The translations under genes and the position numbers were made by a program. Below, piece by piece: positions 55,700 through 64,000 of a stretch of 64,000 nt of DNA (the stretch's first letter is position 1; each line of letters opens with the position of its first letter). The notes under the pieces were generated by a model. It saw only the letters and a list, made by a program, of their open reading frames with translations. It searched no databases and had not been told where the DNA came from. The stretch covers positions 114,256 through 178,255 of the forward strand of contig CAZMYT010000004.1 in the NCBI GenBank assembly GCA_964570565.1, written 5' to 3'. This DNA comes from an uncultured Paludibacteraceae bacterium. Its GTDB lineage: Bacteria > Bacteroidota > Bacteroidia > Bacteroidales > Paludibacteraceae.

Positions 55700-56776
55700 A
55701 TGAATATACTTTTTGTTACAGGACATCCCGCTCAAGTACATAACTTTAGATTGGTACGAGAAGAATTGATTAAAAAAGGACACCAAGTCTATTGGCTAAC
55801 AACCAATAAAGATATTTGTGTACAACTACTTAATACATATGGTATTCCTCATCAAGTACTCAAAAAACCACAAAAAACTTTTTCGTCTAGATCTAAAACG
55901 TTGCTCGTTAATACCTTTTTTGTATTGAAATTCTTGTGCAAACACAAAATTAATATAGCTATTACGCGTACAGATCCTTATACGTCAGTGGCGGCTTTTC
56001 TATTACGTAAAAAGCATATAATTTTAGACGACACGGAACATGCAGCCAAAATGAGTCGCCCCTTTGCGGTTTTGTCGTCAGCTATTATTTTGCCTCGCTG
56101 TTATACTGAATTATTACGTAAAGACCAACTCTATTTTGCTGGCAATATTGAGTTATTCTATTTGCATAAAAAAAGATTTACACCTTCCGAGCCCTATTCG
56201 TTATTGGGTATACAGCCAAATGAAAAATATGCGATTGTACGATTTGTAAAGTGGGATGCGTACCATGATAAAGGGTTAGCCGGCGGTTTTTCTACTGAGA
56301 ATAAGATTGAGTTAGCACAAAGGTTGTCCCAGCATGTAAAAGTTTTTATTACGTCCGAAGATAAAATCCCTGAGGCTTTGGAGCCCTATCAAATTCATAT
56401 TCCTATCGAACGTATGCACGATGTGTTGGCTGGTGCTTCTTTGTTTATTGGTGAAAGCGCAACCATGGCTTCCGAAAGTGTTGTGTTGGGAACTCCTGCT
56501 GTGTATATTGATGAAGTTGGTCGTGGGTACACCGACGAAGAATGTGAAAACGGTCTTTTGTATATGTTTCGACCAAATGAACAATTAGCCTCTATTGACA
56601 AGGCTGTTCAAGTCGTTTCGTCCGCTTTTAATCGGATTGAATTTGATGTTCATTATCAGGATTTTATATCACAAAAGATAGATCCGACAGCTTTCTTAAC
56701 TTGGTTTATCGAAAACTATCCACAAAGCAAACACATAATGATTAAAAATCCCGATTATCAATATACTTTCAAATAA
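55700..56776 (+). CDS. DUF354-family protein (GT-B/epimerase-like)
   Basis: MNILFVTGHPAQVHNFR... is the typical DUF354 N-terminus. Start trimmed to ATG 55700. Confidence 0.65.
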   Translation: MNILFVTGHPAQVHNFRLVREELIKKGHQVYWLTTNKDICVQLLNTYGIPHQVLKKPQKTFSSRSKTLLVNTFFVLKFLCKHKINIAITRTDPYTSVAAFLLRKKHIILDDTEHAAKMSRPFAVLSSAIILPRCYTELLRKDQLYFAGNIELFYLHKKRFTPSEPYSLLGIQPNEKYAIVRFVKWDAYHDKGLAGGFSTENKIELAQRLSQHVKVFITSEDKIPEALEPYQIHIPIERMHDVLAGASLFIGESATMASESVVLGTPAVYIDEVGRGYTDEECENGLLYMFRPNEQLASIDKAVQVVSSAFNRIEFDVHYQDFISQKIDPTAFLTWFIENYPQSKHIMIKNPDYQYTFK

Positions 56777-56816
56777 TGGATATTTATTGCTAATTTTGAC
56801 ACTATAATAGAACTAT

Positions 56817-58064
56817 ATGAAAGTAGTAATAATAGCTGGTGGTAAAGGCACACGTATAGCGTCGGTAGCTGCCGATATTCCTAAATCGATGATTCCGATA
56901 GCAGGCAAGCCTGTGGTCGAATATCAAATTGAGTTGGCTAAACGTTATGGTTTTACCGATATCTTATTTGTCGTTGGTCATTTAGGCGATCAGATTGAAA
57001 CGTATTTTGGCGATGGAAGTCGCTGGGGCGTTACTATTAGCTATTTTCATGAACAGGAACCACTTGGCACTTCGGGCGCTTTGCCTTTATTGGTCGACCA
57101 GTTGACTGATGAGTTTTGGGTGTTCTATGGCGATACCATGATGGATTTTGATATGGAAGCTATGCTGCAAGCTCACCAACAACGTGGTGCTAAAGCAACG
57201 CTGTTTTTACATCCAAACGATCATCCGTACGATTCTGATTTGGTAGAAATCGACGAACAGGGTATGGTCAAAGCGTTTATTTCGAAGCCACACGACCCAG
57301 CACAGGATTATCGTAATCTGGTGAATGCGGCATTGTATATTTTAAATAAGGATTGCGTCTCTTATATTCCCGAGGGAAAAAGTGATTTTGGAAAACATAT
57401 TTTTCCGAGCTTATTGACGCATCAGTTACCATTGGCAGGTTATGTATCGTCTGAATACATTAAAGATATGGGCACGCCCGATCGCTGGGCGAAAGTAGAA
57501 AAAGATGTACTGTCGGGTAAAGTAGCTCGATTGAATCGTAAATATCCACGTCCTGCAGTCTTTTTAGATCGCGATGGCGTGATTTGCAAAGAGGTTAATT
57601 TGTTGTCGCAAAAGCAACAGGTAGAATTATTACCTGGTGCAGCAGCAGCTATCAAACAGATTAATGCGGCTGGTTATTTGGCTATTATTGTGACTAATCA
57701 ACCTGTGATTGCGCGTAATCTCTGTTCATTGGAAGATTTAGCCGATATACATAAACGCCTAGAAACACGTTTGGGCGAGGAGCATGCGTTTGTTGACGCC
57801 ATCTATTTTTGTCCACATCACCCCGACAAAGGATATCCAGAAGAGCGTGTCGAATATAAAATAGAATGCACGTGTCGTAAACCTAAACCAGGTATGTTGC
57901 TCCAAGCAGCCAGCGATTGGAACATTGATTTACAACAATCGTATATGATTGGTGATAGACAATGGGATGTGATGGCTGGCGAAGCGGCTGGTGTTAAGAA
58001 GAGTGTATTAATTGAAACCAATAGGGCGGATGCATTATTGCACGCCATAAATGAATTACTATGA
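56817..58064 (+). CDS. fusion: sugar-1-phosphate nucleotidyltransferase (HddC-like) + D,D-heptose 1,7-bisphosphate phosphatase (GmhB, HAD-IIIA)
   Basis: N-terminus: IIAGGKGTRI. C-terminus: FLDRDGV, TNQP, and Zn-site cysteines (CPHHP...CTCRKPKPGM). Confidence 0.8.
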   Translation: MKVVIIAGGKGTRIASVAADIPKSMIPIAGKPVVEYQIELAKRYGFTDILFVVGHLGDQIETYFGDGSRWGVTISYFHEQEPLGTSGALPLLVDQLTDEFWVFYGDTMMDFDMEAMLQAHQQRGAKATLFLHPNDHPYDSDLVEIDEQGMVKAFISKPHDPAQDYRNLVNAALYILNKDCVSYIPEGKSDFGKHIFPSLLTHQLPLAGYVSSEYIKDMGTPDRWAKVEKDVLSGKVARLNRKYPRPAVFLDRDGVICKEVNLLSQKQQVELLPGAAAAIKQINAAGYLAIIVTNQPVIARNLCSLEDLADIHKRLETRLGEEHAFVDAIYFCPHHPDKGYPEERVEYKIECTCRKPKPGMLLQAASDWNIDLQQSYMIGDRQWDVMAGEAAGVKKSVLIETNRADALLHAINELL

Positions 58065-59035
58065 TAATTTCACGTACGCCACTTAGAATTTCGTTTGCAG
58101 GAGGCGGTTCCGACCTTCCTAGTTTTTACGAGCAAGAATCTGGTGCTGTATTGAGTACCACTATCGATAAATACGTCTATTTGGCGGTGCATGAGTTCTT
58201 TTTCCCAAATCAAACGTTGTTGAAATATTCAAAAACAGAGTTGATACACACTTTTGAAGAGATCAAACATCCTATTTTTAGAGAATGTCTCTCCATGTTG
58301 AATGTTTCTGGTTTGGATATTAACTCCATCGCCGATGTACCTGCTGGTACAGGATTGGGCTCAAGTAGTTCGTTTACAGTGTGTTTGTTACACGTTTTGA
58401 ATGCGTGGAAACGTCAATTTGTATCGGCTGAATATTTAGCTTCTACGGCTTGTGATATTGAAATTGGGAGATTAGGCGAACCTATTGGCAAACAAGATCA
58501 ATATGCAGCAGCTTATGGTGGTTTGAATTTTATTAAGTTCAATGCCGATTCGGTTGATGTGGAAAAGGTGATTATGAGCGCTGATGCTAAACGTCAGTTG
58601 GATAAGAATTTGATTATGATTTATACGGGCGAAACGCGTTCGGCTAGTGGCATTCTTGAACAGCAAAATAAAGAGATGGGGCATGCCGATAAACGCCAAA
58701 TTGTGCGCGATATGGTACAAATGGCGTACGAATTAAAACATGTATTGGAACGTAATCAAATTGACGACTTTGGACGGATTTTGCACGAAGGTTGGTTACT
58801 CAAACAATCTATCATGAGTGGTATTTCGAACGATCATATTTCGGAATTATATCAAAAAGGCTTAGATGCAGGCGCATTAGGAGGCAAGTTATTAGGCGCG
58901 GGTGGTAGTGGTTTTATTTTATTTTATTGCCCAGAACATAAACAAGAAAAATTCCGTCGCGAAATGCAACACGCTCGTGAATTACCATTCCAATTTGAGA
59001 ATTATGGCTCCAAAATTATTTATATAGCCGATTAA
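58061..59035 (+). CDS. hddA: GHMP kinase, D-glycero-alpha-D-manno-heptose 7-phosphate kinase type
   Basis: ISRTPLRISFAGGGSD and PAGTGLGSSSS motifs. Gene context with gmhA/gmhB/hddC. Confidence 0.8.
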   Translation: MIISRTPLRISFAGGGSDLPSFYEQESGAVLSTTIDKYVYLAVHEFFFPNQTLLKYSKTELIHTFEEIKHPIFRECLSMLNVSGLDINSIADVPAGTGLGSSSSFTVCLLHVLNAWKRQFVSAEYLASTACDIEIGRLGEPIGKQDQYAAAYGGLNFIKFNADSVDVEKVIMSADAKRQLDKNLIMIYTGETRSASGILEQQNKEMGHADKRQIVRDMVQMAYELKHVLERNQIDDFGRILHEGWLLKQSIMSGISNDHISELYQKGLDAGALGGKLLGAGGSGFILFYCPEHKQEKFRREMQHARELPFQFENYGSKIIYIAD

Positions 59036-59039
59036 ATCT

Positions 59040-59615
59040 ATGGCACACAATTTTATACCAAACATACAGCACTATTTTCAAACCTTGAAAGCAACGATTG
59101 ACAAAATCAATGTAGAGGATTTGAATAATTTGATGAACTTATTACTAAGTGCACAAGACCAAGGGAAACAGGTTTTTGTATTTGGTAATGGTGGCTCTGC
59201 TGCTACGGCGTCACACTATGTGTGCGATTTCAATAAAGGGTTGTCGTATGGTAAGGAAAAACGGTTCAAATTTATCTGTTTGAACGATAATTTACCAACT
59301 ATGATGGCGTATGCCAACGATATGTCATACGATGATATCTTTTGGGAACCTTTAAAAAATTACTTTCAGCCAGGCGATTTTGTGATTGGAATTTCAGGTT
59401 CTGGTAATTCTAAAAATGTACTCAAAGCTGTTGAATGGGCTGGCGAAAATGGTGGTGTGACTATCGGATTAACGGGTTATGACGGTGGCAAATTGAAACA
59501 AATAGCACACCACGGTGTTCATATTCCTGTGAACGATATGCAAATAACGGAAGATTTGCACATGGTGCTCGATCATTGTATCATGAGCGTGTTGACACAT
59601 CATCCGGATTATTAA
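59040..59615 (+). CDS. gmhA: phosphoheptose isomerase (SIS domain)
   Basis: FGNGGSAATASH and ISGSGNS motifs. Confidence 0.85.
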   Translation: MAHNFIPNIQHYFQTLKATIDKINVEDLNNLMNLLLSAQDQGKQVFVFGNGGSAATASHYVCDFNKGLSYGKEKRFKFICLNDNLPTMMAYANDMSYDDIFWEPLKNYFQPGDFVIGISGSGNSKNVLKAVEWAGENGGVTIGLTGYDGGKLKQIAHHGVHIPVNDMQITEDLHMVLDHCIMSVLTHHPDY

Positions 59616-59637
59616 TTAATTGCTAATAACTGCGTGT

Positions 59638-60447
59638 ATGAGAGATTTTACACTTCAAACTTATAATCGTCTCTTGCTGGCTTTACAGAAAGCGGGCTAT
59701 CAGTTTTACACGCTTGAACATTACTACCAACACCTAGCGAGCGGATCTGGACAGAGTCGGTTTGTGTTATTACGCCACGATGTCGATTTGTATGCTGAAT
59801 GTTCATTGGCTACGGCACTTATTGAGGCTGAGTTAGGCATTCGTGCTAGTTATTATTTTAGAGTGGTGCCACAAAGTAATCAACCTGCTATTATTAAAGC
59901 TATTTCCGATTTGGGTCACGAAATTGGTTATCACTACGAAGATATGGCTATTTGTGGAGGTGATGTAGTAAAAGCAAAAAAGCATTTTGAGACGCAATTG
60001 GCCTATTTCCGCAACTATTATCCTGTAAAAACTATCTGTATGCATGGCGCGCCACAAAGCCAATTTGATGGAAAAGAACTCTGGAAAACATGCGATTACC
60101 GTACTTACGGCATTATTGGTGAACCGTATTTTGATATTGACTATAGTCAAGTATTTTATTTGACCGATACCGGGCGTCGTTGGGATGGCTTTCATGTGAG
60201 CGTACGCGATAAAATTCCTGTATATCAAGACCAATGGATTAAACAAGGTTTGATTTTTCATACCACGGATAATATCATAAAGGCTATTGAGAGTGGTCAA
60301 TTACCAGAAAAGGTGTTAATTACCACTCACCCTCAACGTTGGACTGATAATCGTGGGGCTTGGGTGAAAGAATATGTTGCACAAACCATTAAAAATCAAG
60401 TGAAACGCACATTAATTAGGTTGAGAGGGATAGCTCAACGTAGGTGA
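59638..60447 (+). CDS. polysaccharide deacetylase-like (CE4-related) protein
   Basis: LLRHDVD...GIRASYYF...GHEIGYHYE pattern. I prefer ATG 59638. Confidence 0.6.
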   Translation: MRDFTLQTYNRLLLALQKAGYQFYTLEHYYQHLASGSGQSRFVLLRHDVDLYAECSLATALIEAELGIRASYYFRVVPQSNQPAIIKAISDLGHEIGYHYEDMAICGGDVVKAKKHFETQLAYFRNYYPVKTICMHGAPQSQFDGKELWKTCDYRTYGIIGEPYFDIDYSQVFYLTDTGRRWDGFHVSVRDKIPVYQDQWIKQGLIFHTTDNIIKAIESGQLPEKVLITTHPQRWTDNRGAWVKEYVAQTIKNQVKRTLIRLRGIAQRR

Positions 60448-60571
60448 GCGCAAGGGAGCGTATCTCCCTTGTTAAAAATGGTGGAATTGGCGAAAGCGAT
60501 TCATACGAACAACGTGAGTATGCTGGATGATGATTTAGTTTTGATTAATAAACACACACTAAAACGTGTAT

Positions 60572-62119
60572 ATGCACTATAACCGATTATTATATAAGTT
60601 ACGTCGAGTTATTTATAAACCAATGCTCAAATTGGTTATACTTGACCTATTCTTTTTTCTAGTTTCAATAGGAGCCTTCTTTGTGACAAAAGGATATGCT
60701 GTTGAGTTCTTTGTTTTTCGGTATAGTATCCCATTGGCTTTTGTTACTACGGTTTGGCTTTTAGTTGGTTATACATTCAAAAAATATAGAGGATTACATC
60801 ATAATCGCTATCGTGACTCGTCGTTTCAAGTATTTGCTACCACACTTTTGACTTTGGTTATTGTGCATCCATGCATTTATTTGGGATGGGTTCATTTATC
60901 GGTGTTACAATCTTTAGTGTTGGTCTTCACGGTATTTTTTCAGAATTTAGTGGTGGTTGCACTGCTTCATACGGTATTTTATGCGGTATATCTCGACGAA
61001 GAACCTAAAACGTTTGATGAACGTGAGCCCGTTTCGTTAGTTAAACCTGCTTATCCGCTCGAACCAGAAGCTGTAAAAGGCATTGAAAAAGCTATTGAAC
61101 AACAAACATCTTTGGATGTGCTTAATTTTTTACGTCAGAAAGTCGATTTAGGTAGTTCTAGTACCTTGGTTTTGGCTACTACGACATTGTTTAATGTGGT
61201 TTCTTTGCGTCCTTATCGGTACGATATGATTATCAATTTGGTACGTTTAAACGATATACGTGGTATTAATAAATTATTTTGTGCAGCCAACGATAAATTA
61301 CCTGATCATGGTGGTTTGGTCTGTTGCTTTGAGGCAAAATCTACTCATAAACAACGTTTGTTGAAAAAGTTTCCTGTGGGCATTAATTGGCTATTGTATA
61401 TAGGTCATTTTATTTACAGACGTATTATCCCTAAGTTATTTATAACCAGTCGTTTGTATTATGATATAACACAAGGTAAAAATCGTGTTTTATCAAATAC
61501 AGAAGTGTTGGGACGGTTGTATTATTGCGGATTTGAAGTGTTAGAGGAACAACTGATAGGTGATACTACATTTGTGATAGCACGTCGTAAACAACAACCA
61601 GAACGACAACTTAAAAAACGTTATGGTCCATTGATTAAACTACGTCGTATTGGTAAAAATAAAAAGTTCTTTAACGTGTTTAAAATGCGTACGATGCATC
61701 CATATGCCGAATATCTGCAAGCTTATATGTTTGAGAAAAATAGTTTGCAGGAAGGCGGCAAAATTTCCAACGATATACGTGTGACAACGGTTGGTAAGTT
61801 TATGCGCAAATATTGGCTCGATGAGGTACCTATGTTTATCAATGTGTTGCGTGGTGATATGAAATTGGTAGGTGTTCGCCCATTGAGTAATCACTACTTC
61901 AGCCTTTATTCTCAAGAATTACAAGAAAAACGCACGAAGTTTCGTCCAGGCTTATTGCCACCTTTTTATGCCGATATGCCTAAAACATTGGATGAAATCC
62001 AAGATTCCGAGATGCGTTATTTAGAAGCCTGTGAAAAACATGGTTGTTTTATAACTGATTGTGTTTACGCTTGGAAGATTGTAGTCAACATTCTTTTAAA
62101 AAAGGCACGAAGCAATTAA
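60572..62119 (+). CDS. polyprenyl-phosphate glycosyl-1-phosphate transferase (bacterial sugar transferase family)
   Basis: N-terminal TM segments and a C-terminal catalytic block (FKMRTM...D.R.T.VGKFMRK..LDE.P...NVL.GDM.LVG.RP). The exact start is uncertain (60566 GTG, 60572 ATG or a later Met). Confidence 0.85.
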   Translation: MHYNRLLYKLRRVIYKPMLKLVILDLFFFLVSIGAFFVTKGYAVEFFVFRYSIPLAFVTTVWLLVGYTFKKYRGLHHNRYRDSSFQVFATTLLTLVIVHPCIYLGWVHLSVLQSLVLVFTVFFQNLVVVALLHTVFYAVYLDEEPKTFDEREPVSLVKPAYPLEPEAVKGIEKAIEQQTSLDVLNFLRQKVDLGSSSTLVLATTTLFNVVSLRPYRYDMIINLVRLNDIRGINKLFCAANDKLPDHGGLVCCFEAKSTHKQRLLKKFPVGINWLLYIGHFIYRRIIPKLFITSRLYYDITQGKNRVLSNTEVLGRLYYCGFEVLEEQLIGDTTFVIARRKQQPERQLKKRYGPLIKLRRIGKNKKFFNVFKMRTMHPYAEYLQAYMFEKNSLQEGGKISNDIRVTTVGKFMRKYWLDEVPMFINVLRGDMKLVGVRPLSNHYFSLYSQELQEKRTKFRPGLLPPFYADMPKTLDEIQDSEMRYLEACEKHGCFITDCVYAWKIVVNILLKKARSN

Positions 62120-62186
62120 ATGTAACATGGTGAACACGCTTTTATAGTGTGAATTAGATGAAAGAACAGATTTTTAAGAGATACAA

Positions 62187-64000
62187 ATGAGCACAGAACC
62201 CAAAATAACTCCGATGATGCAACAGTTCTACGACATCAAGAATCAATATCCTGATGCTGTATTGTTGTTTCGTTGTGGTGACTTTTACGAAACATACGCA
62301 AAAGACGCTGTTTTAGCTTCCGAAATTTTAGGAATTACGTTAACGAAACGTTCCAATAAAAATGCTGATGCCATTGAAATGGCAGGTTTCCCACATCACG
62401 CCTTAGATACCTATTTGCCTAAATTGGTACGTGCAGGGTTACGCGTGGCTATTTGTGACCAGCTTGAAGATCCAAAATTGGTAAAAGGTCTTGTAAAACG
62501 TGGCATCACAGAGCTCGTTACGCCTGGTGTTTCTACCAATGATACCATCCTTGATATCAAAGAAAATAACTTTTTAGCGGCTGTTCACATCACCAAAAAT
62601 CAAGCCGGCATTTCGTTACTCGATATTTCTACGGGGGAATTTTTGGTAGCAGAAGGTGCGTTGGATTATGTCGAAAAGTTATTGAATAGCTTTGCTCCTA
62701 AAGAAGTGCTTTATGAACATGGTAAACGTAAGGAATTTGAATTGGCTTTTGGAAGCAAATTTCACACACAAGAACAGGACGATTGGGTGTTTACCTTGGA
62801 AGCCGCCAATGATCGGTTGCTGAAACATTTTGAAGTACAAAATCTCAAAGGATTTGGTGTTGATAGTTTGAGTTTAGGCATCATTGCATCGGCTGCTATT
62901 TTATATTACCTCGATTTAACGCATCATAAACAAATAAGTCACATCACCCATTTGGCACGTATTGAGGCTGAACGGTATGTGTGGCTCGATAAATTTACGG
63001 TGCGCAATTTAGAGTTGTTTGGTTCGTACAACGAAAATGCACGTACATTGTGTTCGGTTATCGATAAAACCATTACACCAATGGGAAGTCGTTTGTTACG
63101 TCGTTGGTTGGCTTTTCCACTCAAAGACGTGGAACCGATAAATGATCGTTTAAGCGTGGTTTCGCATTTCTTTAAATATCCCGATCAAAAGCTAGTGTTG
63201 AGTGATTGGTTGGCTACTATTGGCGATTTGGAACGTTTACTGTCGAAAGTAGCTGTAGGGCGTATTACACCTCGTGAAGTAGGGCAGTTGCGTATTGCTT
63301 TGTCCGCTATCGAACCAATCAAAAAGAGTTGCTCTGAATCCGATAATTTGGTGTTACAACGTTTTGGTGAACAGTTGAACGCCTGTGCTATCATTCGTGA
63401 TCGTATTGCGCGTCAATTATCCGATAATCCGCCCATGTTGTTGAATCGTGGTAATGTAATTGCTGAAGGCGTGAATGAAGAGTTGGATGAACTGCGTCGT
63501 ATTGCTTATTCGGGTAAAGATTATTTGCTACATATTCAGCAACGCGAAAGTGAACAAACGGGTATCCCAAGTCTCAAAATTAGCTACAATAATGTGTTTG
63601 GTTACTACATCGAAGTACGTAATACGCACAAAGATAAGGTGCCTGATACGTGGATACGTAAACAAACGCTTGTAAACGCGGAACGCTATATTACACAAGA
63701 ACTTAAGATATACGAAGAAAAGATATTAGGAGCCGAAGACCGTATATTCGCAATAGAGGCGAAGTTGTTTACCGATTTAGTGACGGCTATTATGGAATAT
63801 ATTCCAGCCATTCAATTGAATTGCAGTATTTTGGCACAATTGGATTGTCTATTGTCGTTTACGCGCGTGTCAGAAGAGAATAAATATCAGTGTCCAGTTG
63901 TTACCGACAGCGATGTGATAGATATCAAACAAGGCCGTCATCCGGTGATTGAAAAACAGTTGCCCATAGGTGAAAGTTACGTGCCTAATGATGTGTATTT
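62187..64000 (+). CDS. mutS: DNA mismatch repair protein MutS, 3' end outside window
   Basis: Hand translation from ATG 62187: [37 protein letters not shown]... I assume the frame stays open to the window end, because the ORF track lists no complete + strand ORF for this gene. I did not read every codon. Confidence 0.92.
   Translation, partial: MSTEPKITPMMQQFYDIKNQYPDAVLLFRCGDFYETYAKDAVLASEILGITLTKRSNKNADAIEMAGFPHHALDTYLPKLVRAGLRVAICDQLEDPKLVKGLVKRGITELVTPGVSTNDTILDIKENNFLAAVHITKNQAGISLLDISTGEFLVAEGALDYVEKLLNSFAPKEVLYEHGKRKEFELAFGSKFHTQEQDDWVFTLEAANDRLLKHFEVQNLKGFGVDSLSLGIIASAAILYYLDLTHHKQISHITHLARIEAERYVWLDKFTVRNLELFGSYNENARTLCSVIDKTITPMGSRLLRRWLAFPLKDVEPINDRLSVVSHFFKYPDQKLVLSDWLATIGDLERLLSKVAVGRITPREVGQLRIALSAIEPIKKSCSESDNLVLQRFGEQLNACAIIRDRIARQLSDNPPMLLNRGNVIAEGVNEELDELRRIAYSGKDYLLHIQQRESEQTGIPSLKISYNNVFGYYIEVRNTHKDKVPDTWIRKQTLVNAERYITQELKIYEEKILGAEDRIFAIEAKLFTDLVTAIMEYIPAIQLNCSILAQLDCLLSFTRVSEENKYQCPVVTDSDVIDIKQGRHPVIEKQLPIGESYVPNDVY

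Noticed and set aside
59833-60300. A 155-aa minus-strand ORF, and many other 60-115-aa antisense ORFs (for example 11118-11465, 21181-21507, 24611-24949, 43471-43791).
   Set aside because: They lie entirely antisense within well-supported genes. They have odd composition (rich in I/F/N/K from the AT-rich antisense frames) and no recognisable motifs, so I treat them as spurious.
60451-60582. Hairpin CAAGGGAG-CGTAT-CTCCCTTG followed by a 34-aa ORF (MVELAKAIHTNNVSMLDDDLVLINKHTLKRVYAL) between the deacetylase-like gene and the sugar transferase.
   Set aside because: The hairpin lacks a T-run. The ORF is tiny, overlaps the probable start of the next gene and has no recognisable features. It may be a gene remnant, but the evidence is too thin to call.

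Overview
AT-rich chromosomal segment, most likely Bacteroidota. Supporting signs are a T9SS type-B C-terminal sorting domain, TAnnTTTG -7 promoter boxes, no obvious Shine-Dalgarno use, and NigD-like and four-helix-bundle genes. Layout: (i) 1-27.1 kb is ordinary housekeeping (panCD, mtaB, pabABC, gcvT, pepT, an AddB-like nuclease, fadD-like ligase, rsmD, tsaC, pheS, ligA, dapA, ridA, malQ). (ii) 27.2-29.5 kb is a 2.3-kb cassette of orphan genes bracketed by 45-nt direct repeats that duplicate the promoter of the next locus. (iii) 29.7-62.1 kb is one large same-strand glycan locus. It holds a Wzm/Wzt ABC exporter, many GT2/GT4 enzymes, two AT3 O-acyltransferases, a GDP-colitose-type branch (gmd, fcl-like, ColD-type dehydratase), a GDP-glycero-manno-heptose branch (gmhA, hddA, fused hddC-gmhB), a FemAB/LbH/DegT/DUF354 module and a polyprenyl-phosphate sugar transferase. 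(iv) mutS runs off the 3' end. No rRNA, tRNA, CRISPR array, integrase or transposase was seen. The most unusual material lies in the intergenic spaces of the glycan locus. Four sites carry arrays of short degenerate words that are rich in stop triplets (GGTTAA/GGGTTA, AACGTT/TAGCG, GATTATTGAT/ATCCATAATC). These arrays bracket two four-helix-bundle (23S-IVS/Avd-like) genes and wbqC in inverted or direct orientation, and one site is empty. In addition, an AbiEi/AbiEii toxin-antitoxin pair is inserted between 27-nt direct repeats that duplicate the 5' end of the next glycosyltransferase gene. A ParB/Srx-like plus nucleotidyltransferase-like fusion protein is encoded exactly between wzm and wzt. 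All functional calls come from reading the translations by eye; no database search was possible.
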